Assembly (NCBI RefSeq): GCF_006345805.1 | Contig: NC_043002.1 | Span: 82,522,001-82,586,000, forward strand | DNA from: Octopus sinensis | Lineage: Eukaryota | Direction: 5' to 3' | Length of the DNA stretch: 64,000 bases | Shown here: piece after piece, positions 11,570 to 23,790 of the stretch | How the letters are laid out: every line of letters starts with the position of its first letter | Numbering within the stretch: position 1 is the stretch's first letter | Translations under genes and position numbers: made by a program | Notes under the pieces: model-generated | What the model was told of the DNA's origin: nothing | Database searches by the model: none | The model's input: only the letters and a program-made list of their open reading frames with translations

Positions 11570-11972
11570 TAGGCACAGGAGTGGCTGTGTGGTAAGTTGC
11601 TTGCTTTCCAACCAAATGGTTCTGGGTTCGTTCCTACTGCATGGCACCTTGGGCAAGTGTATTCAACTAGAGCCTCAGGTCGACCAAAGCCTTGTGAGTG
11701 GATTAGGTAGACAGAAATTGAAAGAAGCCTGTTGTATATATGTATATATATATGTATGTGAGTGTTTATGTTTGTGTGTCTGTATTTGACCACCAACATT
11801 GCTTGACAACCGATGGTGGTGTGTTTACGTCCGTATAACTTAGAGGTTTGGCAAAAGAGACTGATAGAACAAGTACTAGGCTTACAAAGAATGAGTCCTG
11901 GGGTCGATTTGCTCGACTAAAGGCAGTACTCCAGCATGTCTGCAGTCAGATGACTGAAACATGTAAAGAGAG
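11570..11972 (+). mobile_element. tRNA-derived SINE, family A (paralog of 1150-1540)
   Basis: Colinear match. Confidence 0.85.
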
Positions 11973-11989
11973 TGTGTGTATATATATAT

Positions 11990-12202
11990 TTCTTTACTAC
12001 GCACAAGGGGCTAAACACAGAGGGGACAAGCGGATTAAGTTGATTAGATCAACTGCAGTATGTAACTGGTACTTAATTTATCGACCCCGAAAGGATGAAA
12101 GGCTAAGTTGACCTTGGTGGAATTTGAACCCTGAACGTAACTGCAGACGAAATACGGCTACGCATTTCGCCCGGCGTGCTAACGTTTCTGCCAGCTTGCC
12201 AT
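11990..12202 (-). mobile_element. SINE family B
   Basis: Reverse-complement match to the 3928 element. The paralogous copy at 1560-1620 is truncated. Confidence 0.8.
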
Positions 12203-12749
12203 CTTTATGTATACATACATATATATATATATGTATGTATACATATATATGTGTATATATATGTAGTGAACTGCATGTGATGTGCCATATCAATCAATAT
12301 GAAATAGCCCACAACTAAATGTAGTGTACATATATAACACTCCAAGGTTCTAGCGTCAAAGTAACCAGTGAACATAGAAGAATTAACACCAAGAAGTGTT
12401 ATTTACATATATCTATTTGTTTACCTGAGGCATAAGAGGAACAGATAGAAAATTCTCTCTGTTATATAGGCTATGTTTAGTAATGTAGGTCAAGCCTTAA
12501 ACAAAGGTCTGACCTTTCTTCGACCAGTGCAGGTCCTAGGGTGTGGAGTGTTTTCTCATCAATCAACTAGTGTTGTGGATCCTGCTCGTTTTGACAAGCA
12601 ATAAGCCAGTGGATTTGGTTTCAAATCTCAGGCAGAGTCAAGTTGGACCCCCACCTATATATATATATACATATATATGAATTACTCATGAGTAGTCAAC
12701 GGCCATCCATTAATATGTGTAGATGCACATACAATTTTACCTTCTATTC

Positions 12750-13275
12750 TATTCGTAATGGATAATCCCCTTCCAGTCCCACCATACGCACAACATCATT
12801 TTATGCGGATGGAGATCTTGTTTCATGTGCAGTGTCGCTTGTTTACCAGAGCTAAGCCATTCCTTTCCTGCTTCGTGTCGCTTGTTTACCAGAGCTAAGC
12901 CATTCCTTTCCTGCTTCGTGTCGCTTGTTTACCAGAGCTAAGCCATTCCTTTCCTGCTTCGTATTGATGTACAGGCACCACTTTTTGTCGCCAGTGACGA
13001 TTCGGTAAAGAAATCGTTGCTTGTGTCCATGAGTTGAGCGGTGATGAGCAAGCAAACCAGCAGAGATTGTGGTTCATTGATTTTTGTTGTTGTCACTTAA
13101 AGCTTTCGGAACCCATCCTCCATACATCTGCACCTTTCCCATTGAATGAAGGTGCTTCTCTATAGCAGTGTGGGAGCATTCCATTTTCTCTGCCAGTTCC
13201 CTGTCGATTGACAAGAATTTTTGTGCAAAAGTTGGTTTAATCGCTCTTCATCGAACTCAACTGGATGGCCAGAAC
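12750..13275 (-). pseudogene. Decayed mariner (DD34D) transposase fragment with an internal 43-bp triplication
   Basis: The minus strand encodes RFLYRIVTGDKKWCLYIN and LHPHKMMLCVWWDWKGIIHYE. A 43-bp unit occurs x3 at 12832, 12875 and 12918. Confidence 0.85.
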
Positions 13276-13351
13276 GAGATTATTAATTATAAATTGATTA
13301 ATTAATTTTACCCTTTATTATTATTGATATATATATATATATATATATATA

Positions 13352-14197
13352 TCATCATCATCATCATCATCATCGTTTAGCGTCCGCTTTCCATGCTAGC
13401 ATGGGTTGGACGGGTCAACTGGGGTCTGGGAAGCTGGAAGGCTTCGTCAGGCCCAGTCAGATCTGGCAGTGTTTCTACGGCTGGATGCCCTTCCTAACGC
13501 CAACCACTCCGCGAGTGTAGTGGGTGTTTTTTACGTGCCACCTGCACAGGTGCCAGACAGAGCTGGCGAACGGCCACGAACGGATGGTGCTTTTACGTGT
13601 CATCGGCACGGGGCCAGGCGATGCTGGCAACGGACACGAACGGATGGTGCTTTTACGTGCCACCGACACGGAGCCAGACAGAGCTGGCAACCGGCCACGA
13701 ACGGACGGTGCTTTTACGTGTCACCGGCACGGGGGCCAGCCGAGGCTGGCAACGGACGCGAACGGATGGTGCTTTTACGTGCCACCGACACGGTTGCCAG
13801 ACAGAGCTGGCAAACGGCCACGAGCGGACGGTGCTTTTACGTGTCACCGGCATGGGGCCCAGCCGAGGCTGGCAACGGACACGAACGGATGGTGCTTTTA
13901 CGTGCCACCGACACGGGGCCAGACAGAGCTGGCAAACGGCCACGAACGGATGGTGCCTTTACGTGCCACCGACACGGGGCCAGACAGAGCTGGCAAACGG
14001 CCACGAACGGACGGTGCTTTTACGTGTCACCGGCACGGGGCCAGGCGAGGCTGGCAACGAACACGAACGGATGGTGCTTTTACGTGCCACCGACACGGGG
14101 CCAGGCAGAGCTGGCAAACGGTCATGAGCGAATGGTGCTTTTACGTATCACTGGCACGGGTGCCAGACGAGGCTGACAGCGGACACGAACGGATGGG
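13352..14197 (-). mobile_element. Family C element with an internal ~61-bp tandem array (about 11 units)
   Basis: The core CGGATGGTGCTTTTACGTG recurs every 60-62 bp from 13581 to 14190. Overlapping ORFs are repeat artefacts. Confidence 0.85.
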
Positions 14198-14219
14198 TCA
14201 CTTAACCCCTGCTTTCTGA

Positions 14220-14225
14220 TATATG

Positions 14226-14262
<37 letters not shown>

Positions 14263-14431
14263 GTAATATGTATATATATATATATGTATATATATATATG
14301 TGTATATATATATATATGTATATGTATGTATATATATATGTATGTATATATATATGTATATGTATGTATATATATTGTATATATAATATATGTTATATAT
14401 ATGTATATGTATGTATATATATATGTATGTA

Positions 14432-14462
<31 letters not shown>

Positions 14463-14639
14463 TATATATGTATATATATATATATATGTATATATATACA
14501 CACATATATACATGGTATATATATATACACATATATACATGTATATATATATATACACATATATATACAATATATACATGTTATATATATATATATACAC
14601 ATATATACATGTATATATATATATATACACATACATGTA

Positions 14640-14687
<48 letters not shown>

Positions 14688-14743
14688 ATATATACATGTA
14701 TATATATATATATATAGATATATATATATATACACTATATTAC

Positions 14744-14790
<47 letters not shown>

Positions 14791-14885
14791 GTATATATAT
14801 ATATACACATGTATATATATATATATATATATATACACATGTATATATATATATATACTATATATATATATATATATATACACAC

Positions 14886-14950
<65 letters not shown>
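14220..14950. repeat. Compound (TA)n microsatellite, ~730 bp
   Basis: Direct reading. Confidence 0.97.
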
Positions 14951-14951
<1 letters not shown>

Positions 14952-15473
14952 ATTTTTCCACCGTCTAGGCAAAAAAGCCCTTATTGTTGGTTCCCTGTCC
15001 TGTTTCTTTATTTGTACTGTTTTTTCTTCATTTGTATTGCTTTTACGTCCTGTTCTTGTCACTTGTTTTACCCCTCTGCAAAAGAATTTTATATTATTCC
15101 TTTTGCATGAAGGACTGCTTCGGCCTGGCCGTGTTCTGCCCTTACCTTCGAAATACGCATTGAGTCGAACCAGGGGTAGCTGATGAAGGGGAATTTTCCT
15201 TGTATTGTTTGTCCTGTACTCTGTTTTTTCGTTGTTTTAAAGAAGTCCGTTTCCTTGTTTTTTCGTTGTTAAAAAAAGTCTGTTTCCTTGTTTGATTTTA
15301 TGTTTTCATCTCTCGTTGTGTTCTACGTTTATTTGTGGTGTCCTGTACTCATATATATATATATATGCATGTATATATACATGTAGATGTAAGTATGTAC
15401 ATATATGTATGTATATATATGCATATATTTTATTTATTTATTATATTATTATATATATATATATATACATGTA

Positions 15474-15641
<168 letters not shown>

Positions 15642-15699
15642 ACAGAGACAGAGAGAGAAATATATAGATAGATAAATAGATAGATAGATATCCTTAAAA

Positions 15700-15905
15700 A
15701 CTCTCTCTCTATCTGAATTTGGTGATATGAGGGAAGACGTTGTCATGAAGCAGAAGAACTCCATGCTGCCGATTAGGTCTTTTCTCTTGAATAGCCATGT
15801 TGTGTTGTTCCATCTGTTGAACATAGAGTTCCGCGTTGACCGTTTGGTTCTGTTCAAGCAGTTCATAATGGATAATCTTCTACACAGCCCCTGTCAAATT
15901 CCTGC
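15700..15905 (-). pseudogene. Mariner transposase fragment
   Basis: The minus strand encodes [46 protein letters not shown] (second catalytic Asp motif). Confidence 0.8.
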
Positions 15906-16191
15906 ACATGAATGCTCCTGACTCTACAGACTCTTAAATTCCCACATTATGTCTATTTTCCTACTTGCGTCTTTCACTGCGTGTGTGTACCTGGGTGCAT
16001 GCATGTATCGCTATGTACTGCACATAGCCATATGTATGCATGGTGTGTGGACGTATGTGTACATCTGAGTGTGTGTGCATTTGTGTGCGTGAGCTCTTCA
16101 CTGTCCATGTAACTCCCCTTCATCTCTTCCTGTCTCTTATTTTTCTTTTCTTCACCCCACCAACCAGTAAATACATGTGTGTGTCTGTGTT

Positions 16192-16224
<33 letters not shown>

Positions 16225-16314
16225 TTGTGTGTGTATATATATATATATATCCATACACATATACCTATGTACATTTACTCTTGTACACAAAATTGTATAT
16301 ATATATATATATAT

Positions 16315-16565
16315 CATCATCGTTTAACATCCGTTTTCCATGGTAGCATGGGTTGGACCGTTTGACCGGGGTGTGGGAAGCTAGGAAGCTGCACCAGGCT
16401 CCAGTCTGATCTGGCAGTGTTTCTACAGCTGGATGCCCTTCTTAATGCCAACCACTCCGTGAGTGTAGTGGGTGCCTTTTAATGTGCCACCGGCACAGGT
16501 ATCAGGGAAGGCTTGCAGCGGCCATGATTGGTTGGTGCTTTTTACATGCCACCGGCACGGAAGCT
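16315..16565 (-). mobile_element. Family C element
   Basis: Match to 8466 and 13352. Confidence 0.75.
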
Positions 16566-17175
16566 AGTCAAGCCAGTCAAAGAATAGCAAGCCCAAGACA
16601 GTCCCCTGAGGGACACCACAGGTGACTTTTGCTGGGCTTGAGTGGACTCCGTCGACTATAACATGTTGTGTTCTATTCGCCAGGAAATACTTAATCCAGT
16701 GTAGAAGTTTTCCATGTATTCCAACATTTGCCAATTTTGAGAGTAGGATACTATGGTCAACCCTGTTGAATGCTTTACTGAAGTCAAGGTATATGACATC
16801 AGAATTCGAACCTGTTCTCAAGGCTTTAAGTATATCCTCAATGTGGTGTAAGAGCTGTGTTAGAGAGTCCCTGCCACAGCGAAAGCCATGCTGATTTGCA
16901 TTTAAGAGTTTGTGGGTCTCCAGGAAGTCAGCTATCTTTGATCTTAACACTCTTTCAAACACTTTGATGATGTGGAAGGTGAGTGAGATTGGGCGATAGT
17001 TGACTGTGAGGGATGTTTCCCTATTTGAAAACCAGGATGACAGACTGGGATAGAAGCTGTTTCGGTATATAACCTGAGTCTAATGAATTTCTCTAGAGGT
17101 TGGTTAGAGGGACTGCAAGTTGGTGTCTACATTCCTTCAGGAGACTAGCGGGGAATCTATAAGGGCCAACAGCAG
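16565..17175 (-). mobile_element. CR1/Jockey-group LINE reverse-transcriptase fragment
   Basis: ORF 16564-16962 contains NQHGFR, YLDFSKAFNRVDH and GVPQGTVLGLLFF RT motifs. Confidence 0.9.
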
Positions 17176-17199
17176 AATAGTATATATATTTATACATAC

Positions 17200-17232
<33 letters not shown>

Positions 17233-17488
17233 AAATGTGAGGATAAAATTCTTTTCGAAAAAAAAATATTTTCTCGAAAACAATTTTATCAATGGCCAGC
17301 ATATTAAAAAATACCTTTAACGGTTAACTTTATATAATTCATAAATGAGGGCAAGGGAAAAAAAATTTCTAATGCCAAATATGCCGAAAAATTGGACATA
17401 TTGTCCATTAACCATATAGTTTTTTTACAATACGCACGCTACTCGAATAAAGGTCGACAGAAATTTCTAAAAAATTCCATTCTTACCA

Positions 17489-17541
17489 TATCGGACCGAT
17501 TTCAGAGTTAGCTACTAAGAGCCCTCTCTTCGTCAGTGATA
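17489..17541 (-). ncRNA. Minimal type I hammerhead ribozyme motif
   Basis: The minus strand reads TATCA-CTGACGA-AGAG[AGGGCTC]TTAG-TAG-CTAACTCT-GAAA-TCG-GTC-CGATA. Core boxes are intact, with a GUC cleavage triplet and one stem I mismatch. Confidence 0.6.
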
Positions 17542-17685
17542 CATGTGGTAAAAGAAATAAATGAGATACTTACTCATACCCATGAAAGAAGCAAACACCA
17601 AGTCATGGGCACAACTAAGGGTAAAAATACAGATTAACACCCGCACGATTTTCACTAAGAAAAAAAAAAAAAACTCGGATTTTTT

Positions 17686-18100
17686 GCGTGGAATCAAGTA
17701 CCCTGTCCTCCTAATATGCTGCAAATCCCATATTTTGGTCCGGAATTGCTCCGGAAAAAAGGGGGGGGGTAACCCCCCTCGGAATTTTCACAAGGGGAAA
17801 AAAAAAAAACCTCAGATTTCTTGCGTGGAATCAAGTACCCTGACCTCCTATTATGCTGCAAATCCCATATTTTGGTCCGGAATTGCTCCGGAAAAAAGGG
17901 GGGGGGTAACCCCCCTCGGAATTTTCACAAGGGGAAAAAAAAAAAACCTCAGATTTCTTGCGTGGAATCAAGTACCCTGACCTCCTATTATGCTGCAAAT
18001 CCCATATTTTGGTCCGGAAAGGGGGGGTAACCCCCCCCCCCCGGAATTTTCACATGGAATCAAAAAAATCAGATTTTTTGCGTGGAATCAAGTAACCTGA
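17686..18100. repeat. ~137-bp tandem repeat, about 3 units
   Basis: GCGTGGAATCAAGTA at 17686, 17823, 17960 and 18080. Confidence 0.9.
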
Positions 18101-19815
18101 CCCCTGACCTCAAAAACAAAAAAAAAAAACGAATTTTTTAGATACCTTTCTGCTTTTTAAGACAATAAAGTGTTATTGGAGGGAAATCTGGCTGCTATTT
18201 CTAGCTGCCTGAATGACAACATAGCGATTTACAGATAAATGAATTAATTACTATTTTACAGAATAAAATTAATGAATTAATTATATCGATTAAATAATTC
18301 TTGAAAATTAATTAATATTAATAATATTTTTTGAACAAAGTAAATAATTTATAAAACTTAAATAATAATTTTTTTTACACAAACGCGAATGTATATAACG
18401 CGCAAAATTATTCCGTAGAATTTATCAAATTAAAAAACGCAAAATTAATATATTTTTTGAAATTGCAAATTATTTAGAATATAAAAATATACAAAAATAA
18501 AACAAATGAAGTTCAGTTTAAAAATAAATGTGATACCTATGCTCTGTAAGTTGCTTCTTTTGTCCAATTAATATAATATATCAATAATTTGTTCACACTT
18601 CAATTTACTATTTTCTAGAAATGTTCCTTTTCTAATTGAAACCATTTTTCTACATAACCATATATAACTCCATCCGACAGATTTTTTTTAGCTACTCCCT
18701 CATGCTAGAAATTTTTTCTCACGTGATGATATCAAAGTGAAAAACTTTGAATTACGCGTGCTTTCGGTGGTGGTCATTAGTGAACAAATTAGTGAACATT
18801 AGTGAACACCACTGAAAGCACGCGTAATTCAAAATAATTTAACATCGTTTTTTATTCCATTTTAATGCATAATTTTTCGTGTGTCGATGGCGGCGGAGTT
18901 GGCGTCCATGGTCACAGCTGCACCTGCGTTGCTTCCCCTTCTTCCCTCCCTCGTGAAGCTGTGGGGAAGGGAGTGTAAGGAAATCAACGTCGTAAAGCGT
19001 TGTCAAGGAGACCAGCGTTCTTTTAGAACAACGACTTCATGGCTTGAAGACACTGAGTCAACGATTTAAAAAAAAAATTTACCATCATTTTTTGTTCCAT
19101 TTTTAATGCATTTTTTGCTATAACTCTCTAAAAATGCTTATATAATTATTTCCCTTACAAACCCGAGCAACGCCGGGCGATACTGCTAGTATATATATAT
19201 ATTTATATATAGATATTTCTTTAACCACCATTTCTTTACTTCTTAATCTCACAAACAAGGTCGAAAAAAACTTTTGAACCACACATAAATGACAGGAGAT
19301 ATCAGCAATATCTTCTCCTTATGCGACAACGGATGTTATCATGTAACCATTAGTCCTTTTCATAATGTAAACATAATATCTTCACAAATACGTGTAACAG
19401 GAAATCGCTATATCCTATGGTAAACAGTAGAATAACTACATGTTGCCTTCCTTGGTTACATCCCTGCTATTGTATTAGGGAATAGGGCTTGATTGAATAT
19501 TTGTTACTAATATAACAAGATGTTTTCTACTTCACGAAAGGAACAAGACTTATTAGAAAAGAAAAGAGTAAAGTTCAGAGATGGAGGCGACAAAGTGAAA
19601 GACGAACAATGTGGACCTATGTCGAAGTTATCGTGTACGAGAGTCAGAGAGACAACTAACCCTATTGCCCTAACCCTAAACCTCACCCAAACACACATAC
19701 ACATAGATACAAACGCACGTATACAAGACGCCCAACGCACAGACGTTCACACATACACAAACCTTCACGGAAACACTACACACACACATGCAGATACATA
19801 TATACATATATACAC

Positions 19816-19850
<35 letters not shown>

Positions 19851-20485
19851 GCATGTGTATCTATATCTGTATATATATATATATAAAGAGAGAGAGACAG
19901 AGAGCCACACACACATGTATGTTTGTGTGTCTATGTATAATGAAAGATACGAGTTGTATTTGGTCAGACTCTATGTGCTGAGTTCAATTTCCGTCTGAGT
20001 TGATTTCACTTCTATACCCTTGGGTCCATATATATCATACCTGCCAAATTTAAGACACATTTACGATATTTCAAGGTAAAAATCTCACTTAAAAATTCAA
20101 AAATATAAATCCCACTGTAAGGGAGGTAACTCTAACAATCAACGTTGGGGAAGTGCCAAACACTTCAAATTACCTCCCTTAATCGACAAGAAACACAACT
20201 CTTGCCATTACTTTGAAATGGCAATTATTTAAATATAATCTCCCTTTAAAAACGATGGGCATAATTATAAACTATACCCAATTTTTGCGGTCCCGTACGC
20301 CAACACAAATATTAAATGGGTATTAAATGGGATAAGGATCTGCCCTTTTCTGATAGATACATTGAATCGTTTCCTTTCTACACAACAGAACGTATGTATG
20401 CATGTATGTATGTATGTATGTATGTATGTATGTATGTATGTATGTATGTATGTATGTATGTATGTATGTATGTATGTATGTGTGT

Positions 20486-20532
<47 letters not shown>

Positions 20533-20569
20533 AGTGAGGTTTAGGGTTAGTTGTCTCTTTTTCCAATCG

Positions 20570-22070
20570 ATGTGAATACGAAGTAGATAACATCGTTTCG
20601 AGATGTTTCTATCATGATGACTACATTCACACAGCTTTCGCCAATTCTGAAGAAGTTGACAGGAAGAACACGAGGGTGGAACACACTTCCTTGGAAAGAA
20701 AAAGTTTGTCACTTGAAGGAATGATGTACGTAAATAGACGGGTCGTGCACTTCGCAGATGATGGAGTAGTCCCAGATATTCGTAGGGTCAGGACACTGTT
20801 GATATCTATGGAGCTGCTGTGAGCAGCACTCATTTTTATCTTGACCAATTTACATTGACGCTGGTCCAGGCCCTGTTTCCATAGACTTCGTCCAACTAGG
20901 CACGACTGGCATCCAGTGTCTGCCATAGCGTTGTGACGGATAACTTGGGTCGGTCGTGAAAGGGAAGTGGCGAAACCCGATGCCTTCGTGGAAAGTGTGT
21001 CTGCTTGAATTAAGTTAGTGATAAAAGGATGGGGATCGGAAGAACTTTTTCCCCACGAATAGCAGGGTTCATTATATATATGGTGGTCAAGAATTATAGT
21101 TTGAGTAGAGGATTCGTTAGGGAGGTCGACCAGAAGCCATAGGCTGTTGAATATTGCAGATGTGTGGTCTTCCGTGATAGCTGCGTTGGTTGGAACCTGC
21201 CGATGAAGACGGCGTTATCGGTGGAAGACATTCTCATAGTGATACAGGATGCCACACGTAGCCTATTTGTGGTTGTAGGCGGAACATTTCTTCATGCATT
21301 CCTGTACATGACGTCTGTAATTGTGTTTTCTGCAGTGACTGCTGGGATTTGAGGTGGGTGTATCATGGGTTTGCCGCATTTATTGACCAAACGCTGCACC
21401 TGCTGCCTATATGAACTGGAGGCCGCGATGATCGAGGAAGTGCTGTGGCCCAAGAAGTGGCTGGCTGAGCGTTTTGCACTTTTTTCTCAACGTACATCGA
21501 GACTTCTTCCAAGGTCATCTCTTACTTGGAGTCACCGATGGTGTCAAGGTGTATCTCCTCGTCCTCCAACACACATACAAGAGCATCGCGAACTATGATG
21601 TTGCTGTAATCAATCGTGGCATACAAGACCTCCCAGCGGCATTCAACTTCAAAGTTACAGACACATGATTTGATGCATCAAATCTCCCGACAGGTTCGTC
21701 TCGATCCAGGCGTATTTGCTATACCTGCACACGAACGCCCATCACATTTTCTTGGCGGACAGCCATGGACTTAATGTGAGTGAGGTCTGTTCCCTCATCG
21801 CTGGAGGCCAGTGCACCGAACGTCCATGTGAGATCTTTTCTAAAGGTTTCATTGCAGAATTCGAGAAACTGGAAGACTACGTCGTTACACCTAAGTCCAA
21901 TGGCTTGTGTGTAGTCTGAACATCTCAGTTCAAAGTAAGGTCACTCCTCGTTACTTACAGCTGCGGCGATGACGGGGTGACGGACCTTGTCGGGTGAGAC
22001 TTTCATTGAATGGGACTGTTGCCACGCTGTCCGATGGGCAGTGACGTCTACAAAGCAAGGCAACGATTAG
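20570..22070 (-). mobile_element. Decayed Gypsy-type LTR retrotransposon gag-protease region
   Basis: The minus strand has gag-like KVRHPVIAAA..FLEFCNETFRKDLT and AVRQENVMGVRVQ..RLDRDEPV, then aspartic protease MADTGCQSCL...LFLSKEVC. Multiple stops and frameshifts; no LTR seen. Confidence 0.7.
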
Positions 22071-22192
22071 AAGCAAAAGAGGATCAATAAATAAAATTGT
22101 AACTGTGAGTGGAAGGAAGATTCTCTAATTCGCGAACATTACGGTATCGAATACACTGACAGAGAGTAGACAGAGTTCTATTGCCTGTTTCT

Positions 22193-22975
22193 TTAACCAC
22201 CATTTCTTTACTTCCTAATCTTACAAATCAGGTCGAAAAAATGTTTGATCTACACATAAATAATAGGAGATATCAGAAATATCTTCTTATATGTCAACAC
22301 ATATTATCATGTAACCACTAGTCATTACATATTCTAACGTGTCAAAGTACTCAGAACTTATAGACCAACTGTTGTGATGATGTGCATAGGGTTTGTAAGG
22401 TCTCTGCATTCTCTGTGAATGTTATTGTGACCACTTGACATTGACCTAGTTCTCCTAACGCCAAATCTGTTCATCAAATAGTAGTAATTGGCATTTAGTT
22501 GTGACAATCCTGTTTTCTACATAAATTCCTTTACATGGAGCTCTGTCATCCCCTTTACCTCATTTCTATAAATAGAAAATCTTTATTGTCTCCTTTCATT
22601 TGTTTTTCCCTCTCAGAACCTTACAGTAGTCTGGAACAACTGAATCTTAGCCAGTCAGTTGATGGGCTCCACTACCTCAAATGTTCTTAAAATTTAAATC
22701 CACATCTTTGTCTATATATCTACCTTCTCTATAATGTTTCCACTTGTATTAATAGAAAACCTCTATAATTGGCTGATGAGTGCTCAGCATTTTAAAACTG
22801 TTGTAATACTTACAACATTTAATAAAATGATGTTGTACGAAACGATCGTACCAAATTACCGGAGTCATTCTTGTTGCTTATTTTGATTACAATCACCCCA
22901 CGGATTTATATGGATAACACCATACAGAATTCTGGTGCATCTAAATTAAGTACCATATTCGTTTGAATCTAAATT
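22193..22975 (-). repeat. Unclassified interspersed repeat family (related pieces at 19214-19500 and 42215-42420)
   Basis: TTCTTTAACCACCATTTCTTTACTT... is shared by 19214 and 22193. GAAACGATCGTAC...TTCTGGTGC...GAATCTAAATTTTT is shared by 22840-22978 and 42270-42415. Confidence 0.6.
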
Positions 22976-23029
22976 TTTATATGTATATATATATATATAT
23001 ATAGGATAGGGGAGGATAGGGAGCCAAGG

Positions 23030-23790
23030 GAGAAGTAACTGGAAGCCCCTATGTACCAGTGGTCCTACAAAGAAATGAGAAATTAGAAAAACAGAAGAAA
23101 AAAGGGAGGACGGAAAACAAAAACAAAGGCAAAATAACCAAAACTGAAACCTCAACCCACCAAACAAACAACAGAGGACCCAATGCTACCCAAAACCCTA
23201 CAGGAAAGAAGAAATCTAGAAAGTACCCAAGAACCTGTAAATTTTACCTGCAGGGCAAATGTTAGCATGGGGAGAACGGCAAAAACTGCTGGTTTGTCCA
23301 CCCGACACCTCACCAGAACTACAGGGGCCTTAAAGAGAAGAACTTTACTAAGGCAAGAAATGTCTCCCAGGAAAACATTCAGAAAAGAAGTGTGCTCCTC
23401 AGATGTTCTGCACAATGCAGCAGCTGAGCAAGAGTCTTTTTTGTGCATAGTGCAAAGGATCGTCCAGCAGCTAACCTGGCTGCGCCAGGCACAAAGAAGT
23501 AACCTTGCCCACCACTATGCAAGACTGCCACAGTCAACAGACATGGGATGGCCTCCCCTAAAGCCTGCACAGTTGTCACCCCAATACTTTTACTAAATAT
23601 TGGGGGCCTGTTGCATCAAAATAAAAGCAAATTTTTTTTCCTGGGAGATCTCGATGTTCAGAGTTTATATTTATTGGAATATTGTGTTTAGTGGAGTAAT
23701 CTGAAGTAGATTGTCTGAAGACAGTTGCGTCTATCCCCGCTTTGTGAAATTTGTATATCCAACATATAGAAGGATATAAAATAAACAAAA
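23030..23790 (+). mobile_element. Decayed LINE ORF1 (CCCH zinc finger) and start of the APE endonuclease
   Basis: KYPRTCKFYLQGKC*HGENGKNCWFVHP, followed by LLNIGGLLHQNK...GVI*SRLSED (APE N-terminus-like). Confidence 0.55.

Larger units (their letters stand above)
10391..12748 (+). repeat. Copy 2 of the local direct segmental duplication
   Basis: Colinear with 1-2590. It lacks the 2048-2464 MITE, keeps a longer SINE-B, and ends at a mariner fragment. Confidence 0.95.
17221..19189 (+). mobile_element. Non-autonomous Helitron-like element
   Basis: 3' terminus ACCCGAGCAACGCCGGG..TACTGCTAG|T (GC hairpin + CTAG), matching 63737-63764. The 5' end is presumed at TATATATAAAA. Confidence 0.55.

Noticed and set aside
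13406-14219. Three overlapping 176-256 aa ORFs
   Set aside because: They arise from a stop-poor 61-bp tandem repeat and are open in all frames.
15170-15215. CTGATGAAGGGGAATTTTCCTT as a hammerhead
   Set aside because: No GAAA box or cleavage-site stem follows. Similar isolated CTGANGA hits at 7342, 22782, 58977 and 60397 fail the same way.
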